DNA of 64,000 nt, taken from the NCBI GenBank assembly GCA_951406725.2, contig OX597815.1:151714001-151778000 (forward strand), read 5' to 3'. Each line of letters opens with the position of its first letter. Position 1 is the stretch's first letter. Below are positions 40,356 through 53,611 of this stretch, piece by piece. The translations under genes and the position numbers were made by a program. The notes under the pieces are model-generated. The model worked only from the letters and a program-made list of their open reading frames with translations, had not been told where the DNA came from and ran no database searches. The stretch comes from Octopus vulgaris (Eukaryota).

Positions 40356-43300
40356 TGGTACTTATTTAAACGACCCTGAAAGGATGAAAGGCGAAGTTGA
40401 CTTCTGTGGAATTTGAACTCAGAACATAAAGATGGACAAAATACCATTAAGCATTTTGCCTAGCATGCTAACAATTCTGCCAGCTTGCCGCCTAAGAATA
40501 AGGGACAATAATAGGAACAGATATAGTCAATAAGAGTGAAGGTGGTCATTGTAAGAATGACTGACAGATGATTCAATGGAGAGGCAGTGATGGATAGCAA
40601 TAAAGAAGGGGTAATGGTGTATTTTGTTCGTTTGCTTTTATGTTTATTTTTTCCATCCAAGCACGGGTTAGATGAGACATTGCTTGGCTGCCAGATGCCC
40701 TTTGTGCTATTAATCCTTACCAATTTTTCAAGTAAGGGATCTCTTCTACATACTTTTGAAGGTGCAAAGCTAATGGACAATTTGTCAACTGAAGGAATGA
40801 AAACATCACAATTTGTAGCTCTCACAATATTCAAGATGCAAATGTAAACAAATACACAGACGAATGCACTCACACAATAAAGCAGGCTTCTTTCAGTTTC
40901 TGTCTTCCAAATTACCAAATCTGCACACACAAGCCGTGGGTCAACCAAGATATCTCTTTGATGAAATACATTCAAATATTATGTTACATTACATAGTCAC
41001 ACCAGATCACTTAAAGATTGCAGTCCTCCAATCCCACAGCATAAGTATCCTCTGCCATCATACCCTATAAACCCAAGCTATGAGTAAAACTGAGTAGTAA
41101 TCAGGAAAGTACAAATCCTTTCCATAGACTGTACTTCCTCAGGAATAGTAGACTCAATCCTGTTCTTCTCAATCTTTGGTAGATCTGTAACCCAAATCAT
41201 GGAATGATGTTTTACAGATATTTATTCCAATGTTTTGAACACAAAACAATATTTATAATAATTTCTAGTTTTGGCACAAGGCCAGCAATTTTGAGGGGAG
41301 TTCATGATTGGTACTTTATTGCTCACAAATGGATGACAAGCAAAGTTGATCCCAGCAGGATTTGAACTCAAAATGTAAATAAAACTACTATTGATAATAA
41401 TTGTTTCCACAATAAATACAAGTCATTGTCGTGGCTGATGACAGTACTGCCTGATTGGCACCTGTGCCGGTGGTAAGTAAAAAGCACCATTCAAGCATGA
41501 TCCTTGCCAGTGGTGCCTAACTGGCTCCCGTGTTGGTGGTACGTAAAAAGCACCCACTACACACTCAGAGTGGTTGGCATTAGATAGGGCATCCAGCTGT
41601 AAAAACTTTGCCAGATTGGAGTCTGGTGCAGCCTTCTGGCATGCCAGCCCTCAGTCAAACCGTCTAACCTATGCCAGCATGGAAAGCAGATATTAAACGA
41701 TGATGATGATGAAATTTGGTGGTGGTTTGGTACTGGATCATTACACCGACCCCAGTACACAACTGTTACTTAATTTATCAAACCTGAAAGGATGAAAAGC
41801 ATAGTTAACCCCAGTGACATTTGAACTCAGAAGAAATACTGCTAAGCATTTTTCCCAACATGATAATGATTTTGCTAGCTTGCTAATAACAATAATTCCA
41901 AATTTTGGTATATGGCCAGCAATTTTAGGGACAAGGACCAAGTCATTAACATCACCATGACCTTGAAAGCATGAAAAGCAAAGTTAATCTCAGCAGAAAT
42001 TGAACTCAGAACATAAAGACAGATGAAATGTTTCAAAGCACTTTGTCTGGCTTGCTAACAATTCTACCGGCTCACTGATGATGATGATGATAATAATAAT
42101 AATAGTAATCCTCTCTCACTAAAGAGACAAAGCCCGAAATTTGTGGGGAAGACCTATTGAGGCAAGTGAAATCAAAATTGGATTTGAAATCTAACCAAAT
42201 TTGATGACTGGCACCCATGCCAACCTCCCTTCATTGGACACTAAACTCTGCTTGTGAAGACCTGTTGGGGCAAGTGAAATCGAAATTGAACCAAATTCGA
42301 TGACTGGCACCTGTGTTAGTGGAGCGCTAATAGCTCCATCCAAGCAGGATCACTGCCAGAGCAGCTGTTTGGTTTCCGTGCCGGTGGGCACGTAAAAAGC
42401 ACCATTAGAGTGTGATCGTTACCAGCACCACCTTACTGGCACTTGTGCCATGTTAACAAAACATTCGAGTGTGGCTGTTGCCAGTACCACCAGACTGGCC
42501 CTCATGCCGGTGGCACATAAAAGCACCCACTACACTCTTGGGGTGGTTGGCGTTAGGAAGGGCATCCAGCTGTAGAAACTCTGCCAGATCAGACTGGAGA
42601 CTGGCGCAGCCACCATTTGGTTTGCCAGTCCTCAGTCAAATCATCCAACCCATGCTAGCATGGAAAGCGGACGTTAAAGGATGATGATGATGATGATGAG
42701 GGATTAGAAGATTACATCAACCCCAATGTTTCACTGGTACTTAATTTATTAACCCCAAAAGGATGAAAGGCAAAGTCAACCTCAGTGGAATTTGAACTCA
42801 GAATATAGTGATGAGCAAAATGTTGCTAAGCAGTTTGCCTGGTGTGCTAACGATGCTGCTAGCTCGCCACCATAATAATAATAATAATAAGAAGAAGAAT
42901 AAATGTTGTTTAAATTACACAACAAATAATTTTGTTGTACAGAAGTTTATTGTACAAATTTTCTTATACTATCCCATCCTGATTGTGTCTCTGTCAAGAC
43001 ATTTGTGCTGTTGCGATAACAAATTTTTATGGAAATTACTTCATAAGGCAAGGGCATATTAAATTAATTTTATTGGACCATGGTATATCAGTTAAATTTC
43101 TGCTAACAAAGGCACTTTTTGAAAAGCTATTCAAACTGTAAGTGGTGTATCTGGTTTAACTCTTTAGCATTTAAACAGGTCGTGTCTGACCCAAATATTC
43201 TACCTGTTTTATGATCAAACTCACACATATCCCAAATCGTCATTCTAAAAATAAACGATCTCATTAGTGAACTCTTGAAGCTACGAGCTAATATGCAAGT

Positions 43301-45483
43301 TTAATTAAAAAGAATGAGAATAAATAGACATTACATTTGACCGAGTAACCTGAATGCTTAAGGGTTAAATGTCTTATTGGGAAAAAAATCTTCCCTCCTC
43401 TAAACCCCTAGTGCCCTCTAGAGAGTGCTACTGACTTCATCTGTTGTCAGGTTTAACACCATCACCACAAACCTTGACTTCTAGTAAAAGTTAACTTGAT
43501 TTTGATTAAATCAATATAGGATAAAAATGTACATGGTCACAGCCATTATACCTATGAGTCTTTGTTTTAGATATTTAATTCTTGTTATTTTGAGATTTAA
43601 TCGTCATTCTTGATAGTGTTTATTCCTTGGGTTGGCAAACTTTTTATATCATTGACCCTTCCATGGAATCATTTGTAAGTTATCGACTCCAATCATGTAA
43701 ATTTCTAAAATAAAAAGTATAGCTAATACAAAACTTCTTGATTTAAAAACAATTATCCCATTGTTCTTTTGTGTCATTTCGACTTTGAAATGAATAAATA
43801 TTTAAAGAAATCTAATGAAAATGCATAACGAAATTGATTATGAACAATAGAAGTTGAATCAAACTGATATAGTTGGAATATCGACCCCCCTTGGATAGAC
43901 AGAGAGACCCCTAGAGGCCAATGTGAGGTTGAGACGTTTCAAGGACATGTGTTGTAAATAAAGTTTATTAGCTTAAAAGGAGGATCCATTAAAATTTCGC
44001 CGTCACAACACCCAGCACATGGTGTCAATATTTTGATAGTCAGTCGACATACTGGAAATAACATCCAAATTTTTCCGAAAGTTACCAAATGCCATCTTTC
44101 CAATTTTGGTGCAAGGTCAGCAATTTTAAGGGGAGAAGCCGATTACATCAACCCCAACATGGAACTAGGACTCGTTTCATCGATCTCAAAAGGATGACAG
44201 GTAAAGTCGACCTTGGTGTATTTAAACTCAAAATGTAAAAGAGCCGGAAGAAATACCTCGAAGCCTTTTGCCCGGCGGTGCCGTCTTAGAGATGGAAGGA
44301 TAAGAAGACACTGTGGTTGCTTGAAAGGAAAAAAATAGGACTGCCCTTTATCATAGATATGCTGGATATGGACTGGCATGAAGTTGAACGAAAGATAAGT
44401 ACAGAATAATTACAAACACTAAAAAAGAAATAGATATTTTAATGAAACAGAAATATTAATTGAAATCTTTGATGGGTTTCGTAATTGTGAGTTCAAGTTC
44501 GTTGATAGCTGTTAATATACAATTCCATATACACAAACGTGTAAACCAATGATGTTTGTGCGGAAGAACAACTGCTAAGTTGTAAGATGTTTGATATCTC
44601 ACGGTTTATTTACGGTGGAATTTTCGCCAGTTACGAATTTCTTCCTCCTCGCTAAATCAACGCGGGACTGAGTATTCTACATGCAGATTTACCTTACAGG
44701 CATTTCTCAGGCGAAATCAGCGTGGCACAGTGGGACAAGTCCGGAAGTTTGATTCTCAGACACGATCCAGAGAGAAAGAAGAATTAGAAGAAATGAAAGA
44801 CAAAGTCGACCTCAGCAAGATTTCAACCCGAAGAAGAGTCAGCACGAATACCGCCAAGTATTCTATCAGTTGCTCAGATGCTTCTACCAATTTGGTGATT
44901 TATGGTGGTGAATGGAATAAATATATACAAGTATATTTAGATAAAATGGCAGGGACCATTTCATAGATATGGCAAATAGTTTTAAAAACACCAGTATAGT
45001 TTAAACAAAACAATTAAACGCTGTTATTATCGCTTAAATTTTCGATATTTCTCTCACAGTCCATGACTGTTTTCTGCTTTCAACAGTCATTAACTTAAAA
45101 AAGCATAATAGATGTTACATGTTTCCCTTAAGAAAGAGCTGTCAAAATGTCCCTCAAATAACTTCAGTCTTAAGGAAAGACAACATAACATTATGTGATC
45201 TTATAAACTGGTATGAAAAAAAAAGTGGGGGAAGGGAGCACCGCTGAACAGCTCTAGATCAGTTTAATCAGGATTAATATGTGACTATACAAACATTAGA
45301 GGAACATGTTTAAAATCAGATGTGGGCGCGTGAAGGAAAAAAATTTAGAAATAGAATAGTGAACAGAAAAAAGGCGCCAAAAATAGAGTCCCCGAAGAAA
45401 GATAATTTAAGCTGAATTGTCTATCCGTTGACCCTTCTAAACACAAACTTAATCGGAGTATTCTGTCCTTTTGATAAACAATA

Positions 45484-45767
45484 TGGTATTATTTAGGAAG
45501 AGTGGTCCCGGTGCGCGCGTTTTTGTGTTTCGGCGTAACTTCGGTATAAGTACCGGATACATTTCAAGAAAGTGTTTTTTTTATATATGGGGGGGGGGGG
45601 TAAAAAAGGGTTTCTCATATCTTCAGAAATGTAATCAAAGTCACTTGTGTACCTATATCGAAGGATCGCCACTTTGCTAGGTAGTCGTTGTAGGATCGAC
45701 TAGTCACGACTAGCTAGCGTGGATGCGCGAGTGCGCGCACCGGGACCACTCATCTTAAGTAGTACCA
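45484..45767. mobile_element. MITE with ~35-bp GC-rich TIRs
   Basis: TGGTATTATTTAGGAAGAGTGGTCCCGGTGCGCGC ... GCGCGCACCGGGACCACTCATCTTAAGTAGTACCA. Confidence 0.75.
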
Positions 45768-46188
45768 ATAATATTTCTAAAATAAAGGTTAAAGTTACCG
45801 AAAATATAAGTGAACAACGACCATTGATACAAAACGGATGGGACCACAAAGAAACGACATGCTGGACTCACCGAATGTCTTTAAAAATTCTAAATTAGGC
45901 TGACGTTTAATTGTTTATAATATAAACTATAAAACGGTAATTAAGTCAGTTTAATTAGTCTTAGTACTCACAGCCCGACCCCACGCCTTTAAAATAAAAC
46001 AGTGACTGACTCAATTTAATTAATCTTAGTAGTCAGTTATGTAAAATAATGTTTTATACATTAAGGTAAATGTAGCGTGTCTTTTTTTTTTTTGTGGTCC
46101 CTTTTGTGTTGTATGACAGATGGTTGTGGATATGCATTGCTCTGGGATCGATTATTTATATTCATATATTGTGTAAACATCCAGGACA

Positions 46189-46194
46189 TTTATT
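46189..46194 (-). terminator. Candidate polyadenylation signal of LSM10
   Basis: AATAAA on the minus strand ~285 nt after the stop codon. Confidence 0.35.
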
Positions 46195-46477
46195 CATATA
46201 CCCCTGAGGCTTAGAAAGATGTAAATTTAGGATACTTTTTGCTTTTCTTTTTTCAAACTCTAATAATTGAAAACATTATTCAGAATTAAATTAAAGATTG
46301 TAGAAGATAATGAATTGCCATAAATATGTAAATGGTCCAGTTAACAACCGTAGTCTTAAGTGTGATACCAAACTGGTGTTAGGGTTTGTAGACAAAACTT
46401 CAGAGTTACCTGTATGTGAAGCATCTCGCTTAATATAATGGATTTACTGGTGTTTATGAGGAAAAATGGGAAAAAAA

Positions 46478-46888
46478 CTAAGTCAAGCCTTTCTTCTCTT
46501 GACGGCGAAATTCTCTCTCTTTTCGCTTCATCTTACTTTTCACAATTCTGTTCATCTCTTTGGCTCGTTTCATTTGGTAATCTTTTTTAAGGTTTAACTG
46601 TTGACTGATGGATGAAATGATATTAACGTCGTCAGGGATATGTACAAACCTCACCTCACGACCCTGTATAAACAGTTTATCGAAATATTTATCTCCAACT
46701 TTATCGTTAGCACTCGTGTAACGGACGTCTTCCAGAGTTAAATTCATAAAGGCATCGACATGAATAAGTAAACCTTCCACACTATTTTCATTCCTCAAAT
46801 CCACTGTTGTTTGTTTACCGACAATGGCCTGCAGTAAAATTATTAACGAATTCTTGATTAATGCTGTTTCTCTGCTAGATGTGGCCAT
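46478..46888 (-). CDS. LSM10: U7 snRNP-specific Sm-like protein LSm10
   Basis: 136-aa uninterrupted ORF. NSLIILLQ..G..TTVDLR.E, VDAFMN and LF..GR.VRFVHIPDDVNI.S.I.QQL closely match the LSm10 Sm1/Sm2 motifs as I recall them. Confidence 0.95.
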   Translation of the reverse strand: MATSSRETALIKNSLIILLQAIVGKQTTVDLRNENSVEGLLIHVDAFMNLTLEDVRYTSANDKVGDKYFDKLFIQGREVRFVHIPDDVNIISSISQQLNLKKDYQMKRAKEMNRIVKSKMKRKEREFRRQEKKGLT

Positions 46889-47010
46889 ATCTGATAACCT
46901 TGTTTAGACATAAATACACAAAAGAATGAAAACTTTTCATCCAAGCCAGAGTAATTTATAAAAATTTGTCCAAGGCAGGACAAACAACTTGTGACGGTGT
47001 AACTTTTTCA

Positions 47011-47023
47011 AGGGAAGTAACTC
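47011..47023. promoter_or_regulatory. Candidate promoter motif AGGGAAGTAACTC upstream of LSM10
   Basis: Lies ~125 nt upstream of the ATG. Variants occur at 14000-14012 and 14552-14564, upstream of the TTC19 exon. Confidence 0.4.
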
Positions 47024-47121
47024 TGAATACTTTTAGACCCAACAGCGAATACGAGACAACCGGCTTTTCACCCTGGGGTACCTGCAACTAGTTCGTGTGC
47101 AATCGAAAGAGAAAGTATATA

Positions 47122-47410
47122 CAGTAGTATCTCGGTTTATGAATGCTTCTGATCATAAACAAATCGTGCTTTCTATGTATCTATCTATATATAAATTTTA
47201 CAAAATATTCTGAAATTATATACATAATTATAATTATGTATATAATTATAGAATAATTTGTAAAATTTACCTAAAAGAATTTTATTTACGTATTGGCTAC
47301 CTGGTAAAATTATTACTGATTTTACCCTATATTATTAAAATTAATATATATGTATGAATAAAACACGATTTATTCGTGATCAGAGTTGTTCGAAAACCGA
47401 ATTACTACTG
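47122..47410. mobile_element. Tigger-type palindromic MITE
   Basis: TA|CAGTAGTATCTCGGTTT ... AAACCGAATTACTACTG|TA with long internal inverted symmetry. Confidence 0.8.
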
Positions 47411-49369
47411 TATGTTATTAAATTCGCTTTTTCCAAATAAAATTATTAAATTTAATCTTATAACACACAATTTCTTCCATTAAATAGTCCGTGAGCGTTA
47501 TTATTCTATAGTAGTGTGTGTCTTTCGTTTGTTCCTTCTTTCAATCATTAGGCTGCGAATCAACACCAGTACTTTTTTTGGTAAAATTACAAAATTTTAC
47601 CCTTTTTTTAAACCCTGGTGCTTATTTTATCTGTACCTTTCGCCGAACCGTCAAGTTACGGGGACGTATGTTGGTTAAAACATTAATTACTAGAAAACAG
47701 CTTTCCTCTATTTCAAATGTGATATTAGTTTCGATGGGGTGGATATAGGGCCCAGAAAAGGGTAGGAATCACTGTTCTACATAGTTGTTGATTGCTAACA
47801 ATAGCAGTTAAATTTCTGACACTTAATCTAACAAAAATACCATCATACTTAAAAAATTTTTTTTTTATGACGGGACGGTCATGATTGCAAAGTCTGAAAT
47901 TACAAAATTGTCAGATCAGAGGTTATTTAAGAATAAGTAACAACTCTGAATGAATGCTTTTTTCAATAGACCTTGGACACACATTTAAAAAAAAAAAAAA
48001 GGAAAGCGTATAGTCAATTGAATTATTCCTTATCCAAGGCATACAATCCTGAAGTTACTTGAGATGCTAGAACTAACAATGAAATCTCTCTTAAACCACA
48101 GTTTACCTTCATGAAAACAGAAGCACACATTTAAATTAAACAACACTGTAATAGTCTCCAATTGTATTTATTTCTCCATATTTTGAGTTTAAAGCCTGTC
48201 TAGGCAACTTTTGCCTTTCATCCTTTCAGTATCAGTAGAATAAAACTCTTTCTGTTATTTCTCTCAGCATCTTTCATTTTTAGTTATGTAAATTGTTAAT
48301 GTCCTTACAATATATATAATTCTTTCTCTAATTGTAAAATGCTATCTACTGATGATGTAAATTAGACTGAAACAAATACCCTTAGTTCTCCCCTTCCTGC
48401 AAAGATCAAAGTGTGCTTTTTTTTCTTTCTCTAAACATTCATTCTTAATTTCTTCAAGCTTGCAGAATCGTTACTACTCTGGGCAAAATGCTTGTCAACA
48501 TTTCATCCATCTTCATGTTTTGAGTTCAGATTCTACTGAGGTTAACTTTACCCTTAATCCTTTTGGGGTTTATAAAATAAGTACCAGTCCAACACTGGAA
48601 GTGAAGAGTCGATGTAATCAACTTGCCTGAAATTACAAGTCTTGTACTAAAATTTGAAACCAATTTCCCCTTAAGTTTTTAAATTGCTAAAAATTGCCAC
48701 TTGATCTTTGTTTCTTTTCCCCAACTTAGAGTGAAATTTCAACAAATTATCTGTGTACTATATATAGCATTCAGTACATCATCTTCTAATATTTACATAT
48801 AACAAGAAATGCAGCACAAAAAAAAAAAATTAAAAGCATCAGTTTTCAGTTATATTATTCTTAAAAAGAATGTATCTCTCAATTAATTTAATCACGGGCA
48901 GGGTAGAATGAATACAATATTTAATTCCTAAAATGGAAAATTAACTAATTAAATGATACCTTTGTAAAGAGAGCCATTAGCTTATTGGACAAATCTAAAC
49001 AAGTAAAGCAGGGGAGACAATTCCAGAAGTAAGATTATTTAAAAAAATTTGAATGTGAACTAAGTAATAAGAAGTGAGTCTGGTCTTGGTTTTAGGGTGA
49101 TAACACTGGACATGTTTCAGCTTTATTAAACCTTTCCAGGAGAAAATAGTCTTTACCAATATAGGTAAAAGTAAGTAGAACAAGCTTCTCAAGCATGTAG
49201 TTTTATGTTGAGTCCAATTCCATGATACCAAAGGCAAATGTTTTCTGTTACAGTCTTGCTCCAAACAAAGACTTGTGAGTGAACTTGGTAGATGGAAACT
49301 AAAAAAAAGGTCACTCTATGTGTGTGTGTAAGTGTATATGTGCGTGTATATATATATATATATATATAT

Positions 49370-50670
49370 CAGTTCTTAGTTACCCCCTTGTTTATTGTAA
49401 TCCTGCAGGCTACAACAGAGGGATTTAAGATTGGCTGTCCTTAAGAACTTCTCTATGCCAATGACCTTGTTCTTATAGCTGAATCACTTCCAGAACTAGA
49501 GAAGAAATTTCAAGTATGAAAGCAAGGTCTGGAATCAAAGGACTTTAGAGTTAATTTAGTGATGACCAAAGTCCTAATAAGTAGAAAAACGCAAATCACA
49601 GATCCCTTCAGAGAGATGGCCCTGCTCAATATGTAGAAAAGGTGTTGGTTAAAACTACATATAGCTTACCAGGTGCAAGCTATGGACCATAAGAGGTGCA
49701 GTGGTATCATCGTCATCATTTAATGTCCATTGTCCATGCTGGAATGGGTTGGACAGTTTGACCAGAGCTAGCAAGCTGGGGAGCTGCAACAATAACAGAG
49801 AAAGGGCAGATGTGCAGGTATGTATAAAAAATAGACACCCTCAAATGTCAGTGGGGGATCCTTAGAAACAGTAGACAGTTTCCACAACTTAGATGACCAA
49901 GTTAGCAGTGGTGGAGGTTGTTCAAAAAGTATAGCTGCTATAAGAATGGGCTGGGCAAAGTTCAGATAGCCATTACTTTTGTTAGCAATGATAAGTCTCT
50001 CCCTCAGAGTGAAAGGCAGATGGTAAGATGCCTGCATACAAACAGCTATGCTACATAGCAGTGAGATATAGACTGTGACTGCAGATGACATGTGAAAGCT
50101 TGAAAGAAATGAAGCCAGTATGCTGTATTGGAGAGATAATGTCAGTGTGTATTTATGACAGAGTGTAAGTGACTTGAGAGAAAAACTGGGTGTACGAGGC
50201 AGACATCAGATGTAGCATGCAGGAGGGAAGTCTGCACTGGTCTGGCCATATAAAGCATATGAATGAAGACAGCTGCATCTAGAAAAGTTGATCTCTAACT
50301 GTAGAGAGAATATGTAGATGGCGTAGACCCGAGAAGACGTAGGACAAATTGGTGAGAATGAATCTTCAGAGATTGAGCCTCACAGAGAAGATGACAGAGG
50401 ATGGAGCCTTCTAGTGGTTTGCAGCGCTTGAGAAGACATGTTAAGCTAAGTAAAATTGTAATTGCCCATGCATATGGGAATGTCGCCTACATCCCGTTTC
50501 AGCTCAGTGATCCTAATCTTGTCGCTTTATTGTATACTCTATAAAGGGGTTGGTGTTAGGAAGGGCACCTAACCATAGAAACCCTGCCTAAACAGACATG
50601 GACCCTGGGCAGCTCTTTAGCTGGTTATCTCCTGTCAAACTGTCCAACGTTAAATGATAATGATGATGAT
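49370..50670 (+). mobile_element. Degraded RTE LINE (RT to 3' end)
   Basis: LFIVILQA...GCP*ELLYANDLVLIAES, RMGWAKFR, MLHSSEI*TVTADDM*KLERNEASML; same family as 51163-52277. Confidence 0.85.
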
Positions 50671-50967
50671 GTGTATGCGCATGCATGTGTGAAGCAGCAT
50701 AGTTAAGTGGTTAGAATGCTGGACTCACAATTGTGAGGTTGTGGTTTCAACTCCTGGTGCTGTTGGAGCAAAACTCTTCATCTCATGTTACTTTGTGATC
50801 ACTTCGACAACTGCCATACGGTACACTGTGCACCTGTTCAGGCAATACAATTTGATGCAGGGAATGAGCAAATATAAAACACATCCGTTTGATCATTATA
50901 AATAAAGCATTTGTATAGGCTGCACAACTGTCTTTCTTGGACAACAAGAGACAACCATTATCATTAT

Positions 50968-51037
50968 CTCTCTATCTGTCTGTCAGACTATCTATCTATC
51001 TGTCTGACTCTCCATCTGTCCATCCGTCGATCCCTCC

Positions 51038-51069
<32 letters not shown>

Positions 51070-51180
51070 GTCTGTCTATCTATCTGTCTGTCTCGCTGTC
51101 TGTCTATCTATCTATCTGTCTATCTATCTATCTATCTATCTGTCTGTCTGTCTATCTATCTATCATCATCATCATCATCG
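50968..51180. repeat. (TCTA)/(TCTG) compound microsatellite; other tracts at 52290-52370, (CATA)n 52497-52690, (GAT)/(AAT)n 53545-53610
   Basis: Seen directly. Confidence 0.95.
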
Positions 51181-52277
51181 TTTAACGTCCGTTTTCTATG
51201 CTAGCATGGGTTGGACGATTTGACTGAGGTCTGGCGAACCAGATGGCTGCACCAGGCTCCAATCTGATCTGGCAGAGTTTCTACAGTTGGATGCCCTTCC
51301 TAATGCCAACCACTCTGAGAGTGTAGTGGATGCTTTTACATGCCACCGGCACGAAAGCCAGTCAAGCGGTACTGGCAATGGCCATGCTCAAATGGTGCTT
51401 TTTATGTGCCACCTGCACAGGAGCCAGTCCAGTGGCACTGGCAATGACTGCGCTCGAATGTTTTTCATTTGACACCAGCACAAGTGCTAGTAAGGCAATG
51501 CAGGTAATGATCACACTTGAACGGTGTTTTTAATGTGCCATCGGCACAGAGGCCAGCTTGTTGCTCTGGCAATGATCTCACTTGTATGGTGCTCTTAGCT
51601 TTCAACTAGCATGGATGTCAGTCATTGAATTTGATTTCGATTTTGATTTCACTTCCCTCAACAGGTTTTCACAAGCAGAGTTTAGTGTCCAATGAAGGAA
51701 AAGCATGCATAAGTGGACTGGTTACACCCCTGGCATAGCCCACAGGTTATGGTCTCATTTGCGCTTGCTGAGTCTTCTCAAGCACAGCATATTTCCAGAG
51801 GTCCCTGTCACTAGTCATTGTCTCGGTGAGGCCCAAGGTTCGAATGTCATGCTTCACCACCTCATCCCAGGTCTTCCTGGGTCTATCTCTTCCACAGGTT
51901 CCCTCAACCGATAGGGTGTGGCACTTTTTCACACAGCTATCCTCATCCATTCTCACCACATGACCATACCAGCATAGTCGTCCCTCTTGCACATCACATC
52001 TGATGCTTCTTAGGTCCAACCTTTCTCTCAAGGCACTAACACTCTGTTGAGTATGCACACTGACATTACACATCCATCTGAGCATGCTGGCTTCATTCCT
52101 TGTGAACTTACGCATGTCCTCAGCAGTCACAGCCCATGTTTCACTGCCATGTAGCATGGCTGTTCGTACACATGCGTCGCACAGTCTACCTTCTACTCTG
52201 AGCGAGAGGCCCTTTGTCACCAGCAGAGGTAACATCTCTCTGAACTTAGCCCAGGCTATTCTTATTCTAGCAGTTAT
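51163..52277 (-). mobile_element. 5'-truncated RTE LINE with its complete 3'UTR
   Basis: ORF 51747-52235 (AMLHGSETWAV, EASMLRWM, RLCWYGHVVRM, RDRPRKTW) is followed by a ~580-nt 3'UTR with tandem units and a (GAT)n tail. Confidence 0.92.
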
Positions 52278-53109
52278 TTATCTAACCATCTATCAATAGA
52301 TAGATGGATAGATAGATAGATAGATAGATAGATAGTTAGACAGACGGACAGACAGAGAGACAGATAGAAAGATCTCTTTTGCTGAACTGCTAAGTTACAG
52401 GGATGTAAACACACCAACACCAGAACCATGTGGTTGGAAAGCAAACGTCTTACTACACAATGACACCCATTCCTATATACACACATATTATACGCACATA
52501 CATTCATGCATAAATACATGCATACATACATACATACATACATACATACATACATACATACATACATACATACATACATACATACATACATACATACATA
52601 CATACATACATACATACATACATACATACATACATACATACATACATACATACATAATACATACATACATACACATATCTATACATATATACATCGGAGA
52701 CCCCCTTTGGTCACAAATGACCATGGGATTGCACCTAGAAAGTTACCCTCCCAGGCACACGTCCGGGCAAGGTTGTTTATAGAAGACCAGCAGTCACCCA
52801 TGCATACCACCCTCCCCTCTCCACACCAATAGTGTTATCCAAAGGAAAGGCAAAGGCGGATACAGCTTGGTACCTGTGACGTCGCAACTCATTTCTACAG
52901 CTGAGTGAACTGGAGCAACATGAAATACAGTGTCTTGTTCAAGAACACAACACACAGCCTGATCTGGGATTCGAACTCACAACCTGACAGTCGTCAGTTC
53001 GATGCTCTGACCACTGAGCCATGCACCTATACAAACATATATACATATACATACATATACATGCATACATAGATACATACATATATATATCAAGAGAAAG
53101 AGAGAGGGA

Positions 53110-53164
<55 letters not shown>

Positions 53165-53565
53165 AGAGTGAGTCTGTGATTAATACATTGTTAGAATCTG
53201 ATCAAGTAACTCAGGAACGCCAAAACCTCATGAACATCAGAGATAGAAGATTACACATTGGTGAGCAACATCTGAAGACTTTTGGGAAAGTTCCTCAGAG
53301 CATCCATCTGTAACTGTTTATGAGACAAATTCATCACTTCAATTGAAGTCATGATGTGTTTGTTAACAATGTCATTGTTGTATGTGACTTACATATATAT
53401 TTTTTAAACGATGATGATGATGATGATGATGACATTGGTGGTGGTATTAGTGATGGTGATGGTGGATTCAGAATGTAAATATGGACAAAATACCACTAGG
53501 CATTCTGTTTGGCATGCAAATAATTTTGTCAGCTTACCACCTGAATAATGATGATGATGATGATG

Positions 53566-53608
<43 letters not shown>

Positions 53609-53611
53609 TAA

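Noticed and set aside
48349-48373. CTGATGA...GAAAC hammerhead-like spacing
   Set aside because: No credible stems I-III and no NUH triplet.
51330-51610. CRISPR-like repeated units
   Set aside because: Contiguous degenerate tandem units with no unique spacers, inside an RTE 3'UTR in eukaryotic DNA, with no cas genes.
53190-53385. Possible Penelope GIY-YIG C-terminal remnant (NIRDRRLHIGEQHLKTFGK)
   Set aside because: The resemblance is too weak to call by eye; it needs a profile search and would matter as a possible partner for family D.
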